From Setoptus koraiensis (taxonomy: Eukaryota; Animalia; Arthropoda), in the NCBI GenBank assembly GCA_048013815.1, contig CM106585.1, positions 24,056,001 through 24,120,000 of the forward strand: a DNA stretch of 64,000 nt, given 5' to 3'. The translations under genes were made by a program, and so were the position numbers. The notes under the pieces were generated by a model. That model saw only the letters and a program-made list of their open reading frames with translations. It was not told the origin of the DNA and searched no databases. Shown here piece by piece: positions 13,401 to 25,698 of the stretch; position 1 is the first letter of the stretch, and each line of letters begins with the position of its first letter.

Positions 13401-16400
13401 ATTTGATGACCACTCTATCAATTGCACAAATGCAATCATTGCATTGCAATGTTGTCAGTTGTTGTTGCTGCTGCCTCTTTGACAAACTCACTCTTTATTC
13501 AATGAAAACAAATTATTGGCCAATGAGCAATTGTCGTCATTGAGACCCCGTTATTTGAATCACTCAATCCACACGCCACCTTACGGTTAGTTATTGTCTT
13601 ACTGGTAATTCGTGGTCTGTCGTTTATAATTGTGATTATTATTATTCTTTGTGGTAAATCGCTCACCGGCTTACATGGACACAAACAGTGTGTGTTCAAT
13701 CAGATATGCAAACAAATCAATTGGACACTGCTGTAAATTAAATTAACACAATTTAATTCAACCGCCTACATGAGTGTAAGTGTTGTAAAACATGTCGTCG
13801 GACAATGTTCACTTTTGTTCAATGTTGTGAATGTTGCCAATGTGCAGTGTAAATGTAACACTGGTTTCTGTTATTTGTTACCACAAATAATTTAATGATA
13901 ACCATTTCTGCGTTCAATTAAACTCAAGACCTTGAGCTTTTCAGAGCCTTCCGAATTCTTTACCTGTGTCAGTGTGTGTCAGTGTGTGTGTTCCTTCTAT
14001 CAGATTCATTTAGTAACCGCATGAACTATATAGATAGATGCATATTGCAACAAAACAATTACACACATGGAATCATGGTGAAAGGTGAATGGGCCCACTC
14101 ACAATCATAATCAATTTAGCGTCACCGAGCAGTAGGTATTGTTCTTTTTGTCTTGTTATCTCTGAATTGTGATTAACGCGTTGGTGTTTCCATTTGGACG
14201 CTTCACTAGACAAGTGAGCTAAGCTTCATTTGCTCTATAACAACAAATGTATTTCTGTTTGCTTCATTCATTTGCTAAACGGTTCATAACTCAATCAATT
14301 GCTATCATTATTGACATATACTCACTGTTGTGCAGTCAGCTAATAATTGAACTTGATTCGTCATAACCACAAATCAAGTTGTAACTCAGCATCGCAACAT
14401 AAGCCATTCGTTTCCTTGACTTTGACTAAATGAACTTTTTGTTTGTGATTTCGTACGATAAATATAAGCTCAGCGCTGCGATAAAAAGTAGAAAAGATAA
14501 TTGGCTTCAATTTAACAATTCAAATTGTTACATTAATGACAAAATTGGCCCACCTGTCATGCAAACTATTGAGCCAGCACTTCCTGTCTCAAACACTATT
14601 TTTGTTTGACAAACACATCTCAATTTGTGTGTGTGTGTTTGTAACGAGATAGATCCCATTGCGAGATCCGACAGCAAGTATTGATTATCTTGCTAAAACT
14701 TACACATCTGTTGCATTTATCGATTAATGTTAATCGCTGATTAGGTGATTATGTTAACAATAAGATGAGCAACATACACAGCCCATGGAGAGAATCTGGG
14801 CCATCAATGTAGTTGCTGTTAATCAACTTGTGGCGACTAATCATGTAAATGCTTTCACCTGTTAATCATTTGTGCTCATTTTCATTATGCCAAGCCGCGC
14901 CGAAATGAAAAATGAGGCTTCTGCTGGTAACATTTAACACAATCAAGATATTAGCTTTAGTTGAACGACTTAACAATAGCATCTATCGACATGTGTCTAT
15001 CAATGATGGTATGTCGATTGATTGATGTTGATCATCTACTGAGGCATCCATCATTCCATTGTTCTCTTGCTTGTGCCTCGCATACTTATCCGAAACCCTA
15101 TTTGGTGCGCGCTCAAAATTAGCAACATTCACAACAGACAGATATTATTGCCGTTATTGAATGATGCCAAACACTGATTTGTAAATATATAATTTACCAC
15201 CTGTAACAAGTGTCTTACTAACATACGAGCGTGTTAATTGTTGTTTAGTTTGCCATTTGAAGTGATGCCAGTGATTGCATCTTCCTCCTGACTACGGCGT
15301 TAATTATTAGTTGTCCCATCATATATTATTACAGTCTGTCTATTGATTTCCGGTTGTTTGCTGGCAACAAACATGTAAAATGATCAACCGACCATCTATC
15401 GGTAGCCGATTAATATATGGACCTGGATATTGTTTATACGCCATGAGTTGCGATGTTACAGTTATAAGTTACTTGTTTGTAGTGAATGGCACCAAAACAT
15501 AGCTAGTTGAACCTAATAATTGATTTGATCCCTTTTATCGAGCCACTCGAACAATGTCAAGCTATTTGACTAACAACTTGTTAGCACAAGTGGCCAAAGA
15601 ATCAGGGCGCCGCTTGGTGTAGCGAATTCAAACCAAACTCTTGCTTATTGTTCAATTTTGTTCTTCAATCATTCTGGCTATTGCATGAACACAACTTGAG
15701 TAGGTCATTCGCGAGCATCACATTCAGACAAATTCATCTCATATTGAATTTGTATAGTGACCCTAAACATGATGAGGGTGCACAAATTTGTTTTCAATCT
15801 CCGGCTGTATCATTTCGCTCGCAAGCACAACACATTGTTTCACATACTTAATTTTATCCAATGAACGGGGCCCATTTATTGCCACTGACACAGCCTCGGA
15901 AAAGCAAAGCTTCAATTACTGAAATGACTATTTGAATTTTGCATAGAGAAATTCAAACAAAGCCGGCAACTGTTCTCATTACTCATTGGTCAACAGCATA
16001 CCTATAATTGTATTTAAGTAGCACTTTTGTAACAGTGAATCTCCTATTGCGACACACAATCCTAGCTTGGTATTGAGCGAGACAAACAAACTTTGTAAAT
16101 GGGACCGTCCGAGAATGTTTGTTTGCATTAGAATTTTCCTCTTAAGTTTTGTATTTCTTTCATGTATCAACTACAATATATGAATAATGTGTTTCATTGA
16201 ATCATTGTCATTGTGTCATCGTGCTGGCGTCATGCTATAATACTATGCACACTGTCATATGTTGTTGCTTGAGTGTGATGACATGTGAATAGTTTTCGGC
16301 ATTTATCATGACGTAACAACCTAACATTCAAATAAACGGTGACACACCTAAACAGGTGTTTATATAACTGATAAGTAAGATTGAGATAGTCAGCTGTTAC

Positions 16401-17462
16401 TGTGTTCAACCAGTGTTTAATGTGTATATCTATGCATACAATAACCTTTTATAATGAGGAACAAGACACAACAATGGACAAAAGAAGAAGAAGAAGAGAT
16501 TGTATTCTTTTATACTGTGTTTCCCTTTTCAATTTGAGACTTTTCTCTCGATAGATAGACATACCAAAAGCGACCAACTGAGCCATCTCAACATGTCTCT
16601 TGCTGCTGTTATTATACAACATCTTAGCCTCTGAGGATCGCCTTGTCGAGACTACTTTCACGTTTCTATTTATTGCGTCGTTTTTGGTCGTTTTGGTCAC
16701 TTCCTTCGTCGCTCACTCTTCGTCGCTCACTACATCAAGACCGCGCTCACTTGACACAGTCAGCTTTTCGACCTTTTCGCATCACACCTGATGCACCTTA
16801 TCATTTGTCACAAAGTTGCTTTTGTCGCTCTGCTATCTATTGTTGCCATTTACAGTTGCTAGTTTCTGTTGTTGCTGTTACAATGCAACAGCACAGCAAA
16901 GAGCCATCTATCACCAACAATAGCGATATCGTGACTGACTCGCCCCAAAATGAGAAATCCAACGAAATCACTTATAAGCTATTATTGCTCGACTAAAGGC
17001 ACTGCTGTTGTTATAATCTTTACGGAAACTATTCAATTGGACTTGTTTCAACCTTGTTGTAGATGTGAATATTGCTACTTACTAATCGCACACAGCAATA
17101 ATTATATGAAATACGTGATTCGAATGTTGCAAAAGGGACTCATTACTGTCCTCTCATTACTGTTGTCGTACAATATAGTCGAGCCACATTGAAGTAGATT
17201 CACGAGAAGACAATCAACCGGCCCGACAAGCTTCAAGTGGGTGTGTTAAAAAGGTGGTTTATTGTGTAATAGTGTTGCAGTTTTTCATATTTAAAACATT
17301 AACAGTAAAGCCATCTATAGGATGTAGCGAGATATCCAGCGAGTGATTTAGTATTGTTGACCGACCGTAACCAAACAACGTCTCCTCCTCTCGTTTTGCG
17401 TTACTAACTAATATATCAAGCTAGTAATTTGTGATTAATCAACTGATCAACTAATAGACTTG

Positions 17463-19166
17463 TCAACTGGACAGATGAACGGATATAACGGTGTCGTATA
17501 TGTTGCATACTTTGTCGTGATAACGCGAGCCAACTTTAACGTGATCGGCGTTCAGTTCCATGTAAAAGTTGTCCTCTTGTCCGTATTTTGGCCAAGTTGA
17601 ATTAAATTGAGTCAACATTTGGCCTGTGTAGGCAAAATGAGACCAGATTTTAATCATACGTTGCGACATCTCAATATCTGGCCCATTGTAGACGTCGGCC
17701 ATTCGTAGCGGACGACCAAACACAAATTCAACCTCGTCATGATGTGTTATACCCATCCATGGGTGGTATTGCGTTTGCGATGAACGATGATTAAATAGAT
17801 AAAAATAAACAGATCGTTTTGCTTCGCTCAATGTGGTTGCCAGTGATCTGGCTGGACAGGTGAATATTATATCTGTTATTAAACTGGCAACTCCCTTACC
17901 AAATGTCGACGCAACACTCAATGGTGGCCTAAAGTTAGATCCGTTATATTTTGGCATAATATTGTTTATCATACCGGAGCTTGTACGCAAGAACGGCTTA
18001 TATAAATGAGCGTGAGAGTCTGCAGATTGCTCTTGATCTGAGCTGCTGTTGTTGTTGTTGTTGTTGTTGTTTGACATGACTGTGACACTCATACGCTCAA
18101 TTTCTTTATTTAGAGCCCCTTTGAGCTCCTCGATATTGGACACACGCGGCTCAGCCTCGCTGGGAAACAAACTGGGCATTCCATAATGCAGCATAAAAGT
18201 GCCCTCGTCAGGATTCACACCAATGAGAAATTCTTTCTGTGGTCCAATTCGGAGATTATCCGGATCAAACGAATCCATGATGGGCCCATTAGGAAAGAAA
18301 CCTTCCAAATCGTTGCCGCTGGGAAAAAATCCCGACGAGCCCGGTGGTCCCATGGCCTCTAGAATGTCCAATGAGCTTTTGTTTCTCATGCATTCAATTG
18401 TTGCCACGTCTAACAGTGTGTCGTCATCCTCGGCTTGTTCCTCTTCCGCTTCCACTTCTAAATCGCTTGTTGTTGCTGTTGTTGTTTCTATCGGTGCCTT
18501 GTTGTCGCTGTCTGTGTTGTCTATGTTTGTCGTGACTGGTTGCGCTTGCTGCCACCGTTTGGCCAATCTTTCACTGTTTGGCTCCTCTTGGAATGGTTGC
18601 GCTGACGTTTCATTCAAATTTGTTTGTTTCAGAGTTTGTTGTTGAGACGTGCTTGACACGGAACTGTTGTCGTCATTGTTATTCTTGTCGTGCACTGATA
18701 TCACTGGCGGCAGCAGATCAGCTGCGACGTTATCGTTACTGTTCGTGTTGGTGTTGGTGTTAACATTGTCTAAAGGATAACATCCCAAACGTTTGGCCAA
18801 ATTGAGAGCAGGTGAACCCTCGTTTGCTCTTACGTCATAGGTGCGCAAAAATGATGTTGGAACACCACTTTGTAGTATGGCACGCTTAAACAAATTATAA
18901 CTCTTGGGCGATATCATGTGCAAGCCAACTGAATGACCGCCGGCACTTTCGCCAAATATAGTGACATGTTGAGGGTCGCCACCAAATGACTTTATGTTGT
19001 CTTGTATCCATTCCAATGCGGCACGTTGATCTAACAGGCCCACATTGTTTGGGGCCATTTGCTTGTGATTGGCATTCAAGAAGCCGAAAATGTTCAAGCG
19101 ATAATTGAGTGTCACCACAACAACATCGCCCAGCAGAGCCAACGAGGATCCGTCATTCTCGTCCAC
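17463..19166 (-). CDS. AChE-like carboxylesterase (type-B carboxylesterase family), exon 2
   Basis: Contains VVVTLNYRLNIFGFL, GLLDQRAALEWIQDNIKSFGGDP..VTIFGESAG (catalytic Ser), RAILQSG, NPDEGTF (Glu) and WMGITHHDEVEFVFG.P (His). AG acceptor at 19167-19168, so the exon starts with GTG (Val). Confidence 0.93.
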   Translation of the reverse strand: MDENDGSSLALLGDVVVVTLNYRLNIFGFLNANHKQMAPNNVGLLDQRAALEWIQDNIKSFGGDPQHVTIFGESAGGHSVGLHMISPKSYNLFKRAILQSGVPTSFLRTYDVRANEGSPALNLAKRLGCYPLDNVNTNTNTNSNDNVAADLLPPVISVHDKNNNDDNSSVSSTSQQQTLKQTNLNETSAQPFQEEPNSERLAKRWQQAQPVTTNIDNTDSDNKAPIETTTATTSDLEVEAEEEQAEDDDTLLDVATIECMRNKSSLDILEAMGPPGSSGFFPSGNDLEGFFPNGPIMDSFDPDNLRIGPQKEFLIGVNPDEGTFMLHYGMPSLFPSEAEPRVSNIEELKGALNKEIERMSVTVMSNNNNNNNNSSSDQEQSADSHAHLYKPFLRTSSGMINNIMPKYNGSNFRPPLSVASTFGKGVASLITDIIFTCPARSLATTLSEAKRSVYFYLFNHRSSQTQYHPWMGITHHDEVEFVFGRPLRMADVYNGPDIEMSQRMIKIWSHFAYTGQMLTQFNSTWPKYGQEDNFYMELNADHVKVGSRYHDKVCNIYDTVISVHLSS

Positions 19167-19344
19167 CTAACACCAACATGATAGATATGTTACAGATAAA
19201 AAAGATCAATCACATTGATTGAATGGTCAGTTAGAGATTTGTTGTCGTTGTCGTTGTCGTTGTCGTATTACGTAATAAGTAACGGACTATCTGACAAGTA
19301 TTTCGAGTAACCGTGACATCTGTCGTGATATCTGCAACACTCAC
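19167..19344 (-). other. 178-bp phase-0 GT-AG intron of the esterase gene
   Basis: GTGAGT donor after ...FQYGGVS and TTAG acceptor before VDENDGSSLA. The join restores the family sequence GGAF..G.S....DG..LA. Confidence 0.88.
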
Positions 19345-20472
19345 CGACACTCCGCCGTATTGGAAGGCGCCACCGTGAAACCAAACCATAACGGGCCGCT
19401 TGTAATTCTTGTTGTATTTGAGAGAGGGCGACCAAATGTTCATATACAAACAATCTTCGTTCATTATTGGCGACAAAACGTGCACGGGTGACGATCGCGA
19501 GGCTAATGTCATCGAAGATTGAACACAAAACGGTGGCCACTTTATTGCCTGATATATACCCTTCCAAGGCTCAATGGGTTGCGGGGCGCGAAATCGCAAC
19601 TCATTAATGGGTGCCTTGGCATAAGGAACACTCAAGAAAGTGTACAATCTCTTGTTGAATTTTATTGATCTCACTCCCTCTAAGACGCCCATTTTAGTGC
19701 GCAACAATATTGGCGAATCAAAAGCTTGCTCTTGGCTGCTAGTATAAAATATGCCCTTGTTTCCGGTTAAATTGCCATAAGTTTGTGCATTCTTGAAATC
19801 TTTTGGCTCTATTTTATATTGTCCATTTGCCATGAGCCAAGTGGGTTTCACTTTCTCCATATAAACAGTCTCAATATTGAATTGTTTGTTGCTCGCTGTT
19901 TGTTGTTGCTCTGACCTGTTGGCACGATGATCTTGCAATGTGAGCGCCGTTATAGAGGCCAATCTATTCGGAGCTGGTCTACCGGAAGCAACAGGTGAGG
20001 TAATGCTGCTGCTGTTGTCAACATTTGTGGCATTGCTCACTGTTGAATCGGACGGAAATAATTCCGTTTGATTAGTTTGAATCATTGCCACTTTCATCAT
20101 TTCTTTTTGTTGTTGTTTATGAGGTATTATCTCCCTGAACGCAAAACTATCAACAAGCTGGAACGAACAAATTGCATACAAACAAATGATCGTTATGTGG
20201 ATTTTGACTAGCCATGATTTACTCTTGAAATTAGCTGTATTAGCTTTTTTGGAACTATAATTACATTGGTGGTCTGATAGTAACACTGCTCTGTTAGATT
20301 GTTTCATTTGTATAAATAATTGCCCTCTCATCGCTGCTACTGCTGCTCTCGTCGATTGTTGCTGACCAATCATACGGTTACGTAAGCCCCAAGCCATTGT
20401 ATCACTCACTTGATTATCTGTATCATTGTCGCTAATGAACGGATGCTTGTTTTTCTCAATAATTGTTTGCAT
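19345..20472 (-). CDS. AChE-like carboxylesterase, exon 1 (long N-terminal extension plus start of the esterase domain)
   Basis: Contains TKMGVLEG, FLSVPYAKAP...LRFRAPQP, C...NEDCLYMNIWSP and PVMVWFHGGAF. The true start is uncertain (ATG 20472, 20397 or later). Hydrophobic segment WLVKIHITIICLYAICSFQLVDSFA. Confidence 0.88.
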
Positions 20473-23400
20473 TGTAATCAACAATCTTCTATTGATTTGT
20501 ATTGTTGAAAATAATTATGTTGACTATATCGTATGTTATTATGTGACGATTGAAAAGTTTTGTCAAGCTTCAAGAGTGTCCGTTGTAGTCGTGATTTGTG
20601 TTGTGTGAGTGGATGATAAGATTGTTTGCATATTATTATTTAATGTGTTTCCTTTCTCTTTGTTGTATCCACACTAAGTATCCACTCAAGTTTGCATGAA
20701 AAGGAGGAAACAAATCAACGAGAAGTCGACTATTTTACAAATTCACTCTGGGCCACTGCCACAATTGTTGCTAGTGTGATGTCGGGCTTGTTGAAATCCT
20801 TTCGCTTCTTCTTCGACTTGGTCTTTGTTGTCTCGACGCATCAGGCAATAGTTGATTTTGTCACCGCTTATGATTGTGACGCTTCACTGAGTGGATTACC
20901 CAGCGAAAAGAAGATGTTTACGTGACAAGCGTGATTGGCCCGTCTACTTTGTTGTTGTGATATTTGCATTTTATCTCTATCTTCTCTGACTCAATTGGTT
21001 CTTCCGACAAACTTAGTTTTGCAGTTTTCATTCAATGATTGGTTTATTATCAGCAAGCCTAATCTCATATTGGGCTAACTGATGTTGTCGTTCATTTCTA
21101 TTAACTTGGCAAAAAACGACAATTTGTGTGCACTCAGTTCAAGCTCAAGGTGCCTGATCTTTTGGCTTCTTTTTCACCAAGACGATACCTGTTTATCTGT
21201 GTATCGGTGCCGTTGTTGTTATTCATGGTGGTTCAACTATCTTAGCGAATCATGTTTAAACAAATCAAAAAATTGGAATAGAGATAGCGAGAGAGAAATT
21301 AGTTTAGTTGACTGAAATAGCTTAATGATCACTTTGACTCTTTCTTTCCCATTCAATGTCTTGTTTGCCCACCCCTTGATCTCGTGTCAATGTCACTAAG
21401 TGCTCACATCGTGCATATCATCAGTTGTTTTATTTCGATCGGTCGCGCATCCTGGCCTTCCCACCACTAACACGAGTCCTCGTTTGTTTCTCTATGGCTC
21501 TTAATGATCTAAGCGAAAGTGTCTAATCAACAGCGACAGGTAGAATGATTATTCTGACTTTTGTTTATTTGACGAACATTGATTCATGCAAGATATATTC
21601 ATATATTTATACTACATAGAAGACACAAGATCACAAGATCATCCCAATGAACAAACAAACAACCAAACAAACAAGCAATTAGATACAAAATTTTCATTAA
21701 CTAGCCATCCAACACACATGTCATGGCTCTTCCTGGCATGTATACACGGCGTCTATAGGTAACGGTTACAGTGTGATCATTCTGTGATGACAGCAGAGAT
21801 AATTTACACCAACTTTCATATCGTTTTCTCTTGAAGGGGTCCTCCCTTAAAATGAGTGCAACCGAACTCAATGATGATTCTTTTAGTGCGTCACTGATTC
21901 GTGAATTCGTTGTGTGTATAACATCGCCAACAAGTTGTTGTTATTTATAGGATGGTGGTGGACGAATTGGGCATGATTATTGAATAAATGATGATAGCAA
22001 ACTCGAAGAATAGACTTGCGCGAACGTTGATCGTTTTATACTGTAATGAACATTAGAAAATCTCTATGCCAGCTTGTTTTGTCTGCCAATAAATAGTGCA
22101 CGGAGACCGTTACACACAGCTAAACAAATAATATCTACTAGACGTTATTTATTTGGAGATCGAGCCGTCTTTTGGATTGTCTATGCGAATATTGGATTGT
22201 TAGACAGAGTTTTTGTTCGCTAATTGTTATCGCTTATTGTTTGTTTTGTTTGTTACAACGCGTGTCGTCTCATGTGTTGTATTTGTGTGTCCGATTTGTT
22301 CTGTTCTGATCTGATCCGATCTGATCAGATCAGATCAAACGATCAAATTCATAAAATACTAATGATGATTGCAGCTCAAGTCAGGGACGAGGCCCGTGCG
22401 AATCCACTGTCTCACGGTAGGATATAAATATATATAGAAACATAAACAGAATGGCCGGTGGCTAAGTGATCTGAGCCAAGCCAGTTGCCAGTTAAACTAG
22501 TGAATGATCTCAGACGCTTTGATACAAGTAATGGCGGGATTCATTGAACACAGACATGACTTATTGACTTGTCCTGGAACCAGTTGTTATTGATACTGGC
22601 GAAACTGGTTAGTTAGAAAAGTTGCTTTCACTATTGCTGTCTGTGTCGTATTTAATCATCGCGATACAAATAATTAACGACGCGACACATAACGTGGCTC
22701 TGAGATCACAACAACACCGACAACAACAACAACTACCTGTAGTATGTGAAGGCATCACTCACAGACACAACCATTCCTATTAGCATAAACATATATTAGA
22801 TATATCTAGGATATTCACACACGGCTAAGTTCAACGGAAGTAGCTATCCAACAGACAAGACAAAGTCACCAGTTTCAATCTAGTTTGTCTTTCTAAATCG
22901 AGTACTAATTATTGTGCGTCATCCCATCCAACTATTATAGTATCAATTTGTACCACGCCTCTCACTCACCTTGACTTCCGGCCGTCACTTTGTGTTCGTG
23001 AGTGAATTATTGCCTCGCTTTCATATTCAATTAACGATAGCCTTTAGAGCCTATTCACACATTGCTCACTTTCATTCAATTGTGTGTTCTGTTTTGCTGG
23101 TGTATATGTATCGCTGACCAGTTAGTATTATTGTCTACATGAATTATCCCTTTAATCAATCTTTTGCATCTGTTCTGCCATCTAAAATTGTATTTCAAAT
23201 GTCTCTTTCTTTTGTCTATTCATCTGTTTGACATTGAACAAGTTCTCCTCTGACAATCTCATTATCGTTGCAGCTTATGCAAATAGTTGATTGTCGTCTT
23301 TTCATTCGTTGATCCATCTAACAAGCATCATTTAGATTATATATTATTATTTTTCCAATGCTTGTGGTTAGATGTGGTGCAATTCGCCCACGTCACACAG

Positions 23401-24186
23401 TGTGAACATATTATATTCTGGCGTGATTCAAAACTTACAGGTTGCTGTACAGGTACACCATCAATGAGGTAATCATGTTCATGTATATGCACTGAGTTTA
23501 ATGTACCAGACACAATCAGTTGATCGTAATTTCAAATGAAAATTTATTGTCTCTGATAGTATAGAGATTTGTTTGCACGCCACCATCAATAATAGCCTTA
23601 CCCTATTTCGCTCTCGCATGATGCCGATAGACAGATAGAGTTGCCAATGTTGCCAGCTTAGATAACCAGCTATAGTTGTCATGACTACCAGCTCAAGTTA
23701 TTCCAAGGAGAGATGTCAGTGGCAATGAAACCGCACGACAGCAGCGTCATTTCTCTAAAATCTATCACTTGCAACAAAATTGTATTTGCAATAATGTTAA
23801 AAGAGCAACAGATATTCTTTGTATCAATCCATTATAGTGTGATGATAATGATAATTTCATCATAGGCACAAGGCTTACAATTGATTGATAGATGCTCAGC
23901 ACGATACAGCCTGGAATTATGTTGTAACAACAACAGTTTGTTGTACCAAATCAAGTACTCTGTTTTGAGTAGACACTTATCACAAAAACTCAAGTGAGAT
24001 ATTTTTGTTGGGATACGCAAATTGGAAGATCGAGAATAATGTTGTCAACTGTGCTAGTTTAGTTGTGGCATCAGCCAATATATTGTAATTTGTTTCTCAT
24101 AGTAATTGTTTAGTCATCAAATATGATGTCACAGTATCATTTGTTATTATGCAATCATTTTAGTTTGTTCATTAGAATAGTTTGTT

Positions 24187-25698
24187 TCACTTATCTCCAT
24201 CAACATCGTCTTCTTCATTGGTGTCGCTGTGAATCGTCTTATTTGTCTCAATAGACGGCAGCAGATCACAAGCTTGATTCAATTCATACTGATAATCTAA
24301 CAATGGACATTGTAATCTAGCCAAACGAGCATTTAAACACCAGCTTAATTGATTACATAATGTTGTTGTATACCAATCCAAAGCTTTTATCACACGACTA
24401 GTTGTTTGTTTCAATGTTAGACAAGCCCAAACAAGCCTCATCGTGCCCAACAAATGATGTTTGTTATATTTATTCGTTAATTTCATTATTAATTGAGGCT
24501 TGTTAGTTGCCAGCGATCTAAACAAACGTAACTGTTCAATTTTGGGCTTTAAACAAGTTGCGTCATTACTATCATTATAATTGTTGTCGTTGTAATTTTT
24601 CTTTTCTCTATTTCTGACAATACTATCATTACTGTTACTATCACCGCTACTGGTTTTTCCTAATTTACTCAAAGCTGATTCTTGTTCCTCAATTTTTACC
24701 ATCATGTTCATTAGTTCACACATACTCTTCTCCACTATTGAATTTATACTTTCTACTTTACTATTCGTTGATGTGTCCATTAGCTCGATAGATGTGTCCA
24801 TTTCTATAAGCTTGCAAACGGAACTAAGACACTTCCGTGAACTATTGGTAACGTATTTTTTGAATAATTCAATGAACAAATTCTTGATTAATCCATTACG
24901 TTCCATCAGCAATTGAAATTGTTCCATCAATAGCCGATGTTGAAAATCGCACGTTCGCTCGGCTGGAGTGCTAGTATCTTTCAGCCAAATCCAAGATGTA
25001 TCATCTGCTGACATATCAATTAGTACAAACAACATCTCGGCCATCGTTAATTTTCGCTCACTATCCGTTCTTTGCAGAGCTTTTAATTGTTGCTTTGAAT
25101 CAGATATTGCCGATTGTGGACTAACTGCTGATTGTATTTCACTCAAAACATTCTTTTCTTTGCCTTTTATCAGCAACATCGTGCTCTCAAACATGTGACT
25201 CATTGGAGTCAACAGCGGCGATACCAGTTTCTCTGTTAGACCAATAAACGCCCTTGGTGAGATACCTTTTGGCAAATCTTTTTGTAGCATCACATAATGT
25301 ATTCCAGACTTTTGAATCAGACGCAACTTTTCCATCAATTCATTCAGTCGTTTGAAGTCTCCGATGGGCTTGACTAGATTTAAATCAATATTCTCTAAAT
25401 CACTTTCGGGACTCCGCCAATAAGACCATTGATGTTGGTGAGCGGCACCCTGAGTCATGATGTCTATTGTTTGTTTGATGGCTCGCTTAAGATGAAAACG
25501 ATTCATCTCTTTGGCATCGTTACGATTAGAATTTCCGCTTGAGGTCTCAACATCAAAACTGACATTATCGGGACACATAACGTGTGTAGCCGAGTTGCTC
25601 CAAACAACAATAAGCGATAACAAACAAATTGACCATCTCATGTAGTTAGTTTCATGATGATATTGATGCTGACCATAACTGCTTTCTTTAGCCATCAT
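24187..25698 (-). CDS. Orphan 503-aa predicted secreted, helical protein; intronless
   Basis: 1.5-kb stop-free ORF of mostly normal complexity. Signal-peptide-like MRWSICLLSLIVVWSNSA from Met20. Several Cys and Trp near the C-terminus. No family recognised. Confidence 0.8.
   Translation of the reverse strand: MMAKESSYGQHQYHHETNYMRWSICLLSLIVVWSNSATHVMCPDNVSFDVETSSGNSNRNDAKEMNRFHLKRAIKQTIDIMTQGAAHQHQWSYWRSPESDLENIDLNLVKPIGDFKRLNELMEKLRLIQKSGIHYVMLQKDLPKGISPRAFIGLTEKLVSPLLTPMSHMFESTMLLIKGKEKNVLSEIQSAVSPQSAISDSKQQLKALQRTDSERKLTMAEMLFVLIDMSADDTSWIWLKDTSTPAERTCDFQHRLLMEQFQLLMERNGLIKNLFIELFKKYVTNSSRKCLSSVCKLIEMDTSIELMDTSTNSKVESINSIVEKSMCELMNMMVKIEEQESALSKLGKTSSGDSNSNDSIVRNREKKNYNDNNYNDSNDATCLKPKIEQLRLFRSLATNKPQLIMKLTNKYNKHHLLGTMRLVWACLTLKQTTSRVIKALDWYTTTLCNQLSWCLNARLARLQCPLLDYQYELNQACDLLPSIETNKTIHSDTNEEDDVDGDK

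Noticed and set aside
5000-17400. Numerous 60-160-aa ORFs in the ORF track here, at 30-31 kb and at 34-53 kb, plus ORFs antisense to real genes
   Set aside because: They are products of TTG/AAC/TG repeats (poly-L/V/C/Q/N) or shadows of real CDSs, often with non-ATG starts and no recognisable motifs.
19231-19344. Tail VSVADITT...TTTNL of the 417-aa ORF
   Set aside because: Intronic read-through.
17463-20472. Calling the esterase a true acetylcholinesterase or a neuroligin
   Set aside because: It lacks the W84-equivalent needed for AChE, and it keeps the catalytic Ser (GESAG) with no C-terminal TM, unlike neuroligins.
23540-23620. MRERNRVR...KQISILSETINF on the minus strand, resembling a bHLH basic region
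   Set aside because: The spacing is too short for helix-loop-helix, there is no conserved helix 1, and the ORF is short; treated as chance. No Myc-type bHLH exon was found downstream of the 28646-29716 gene.
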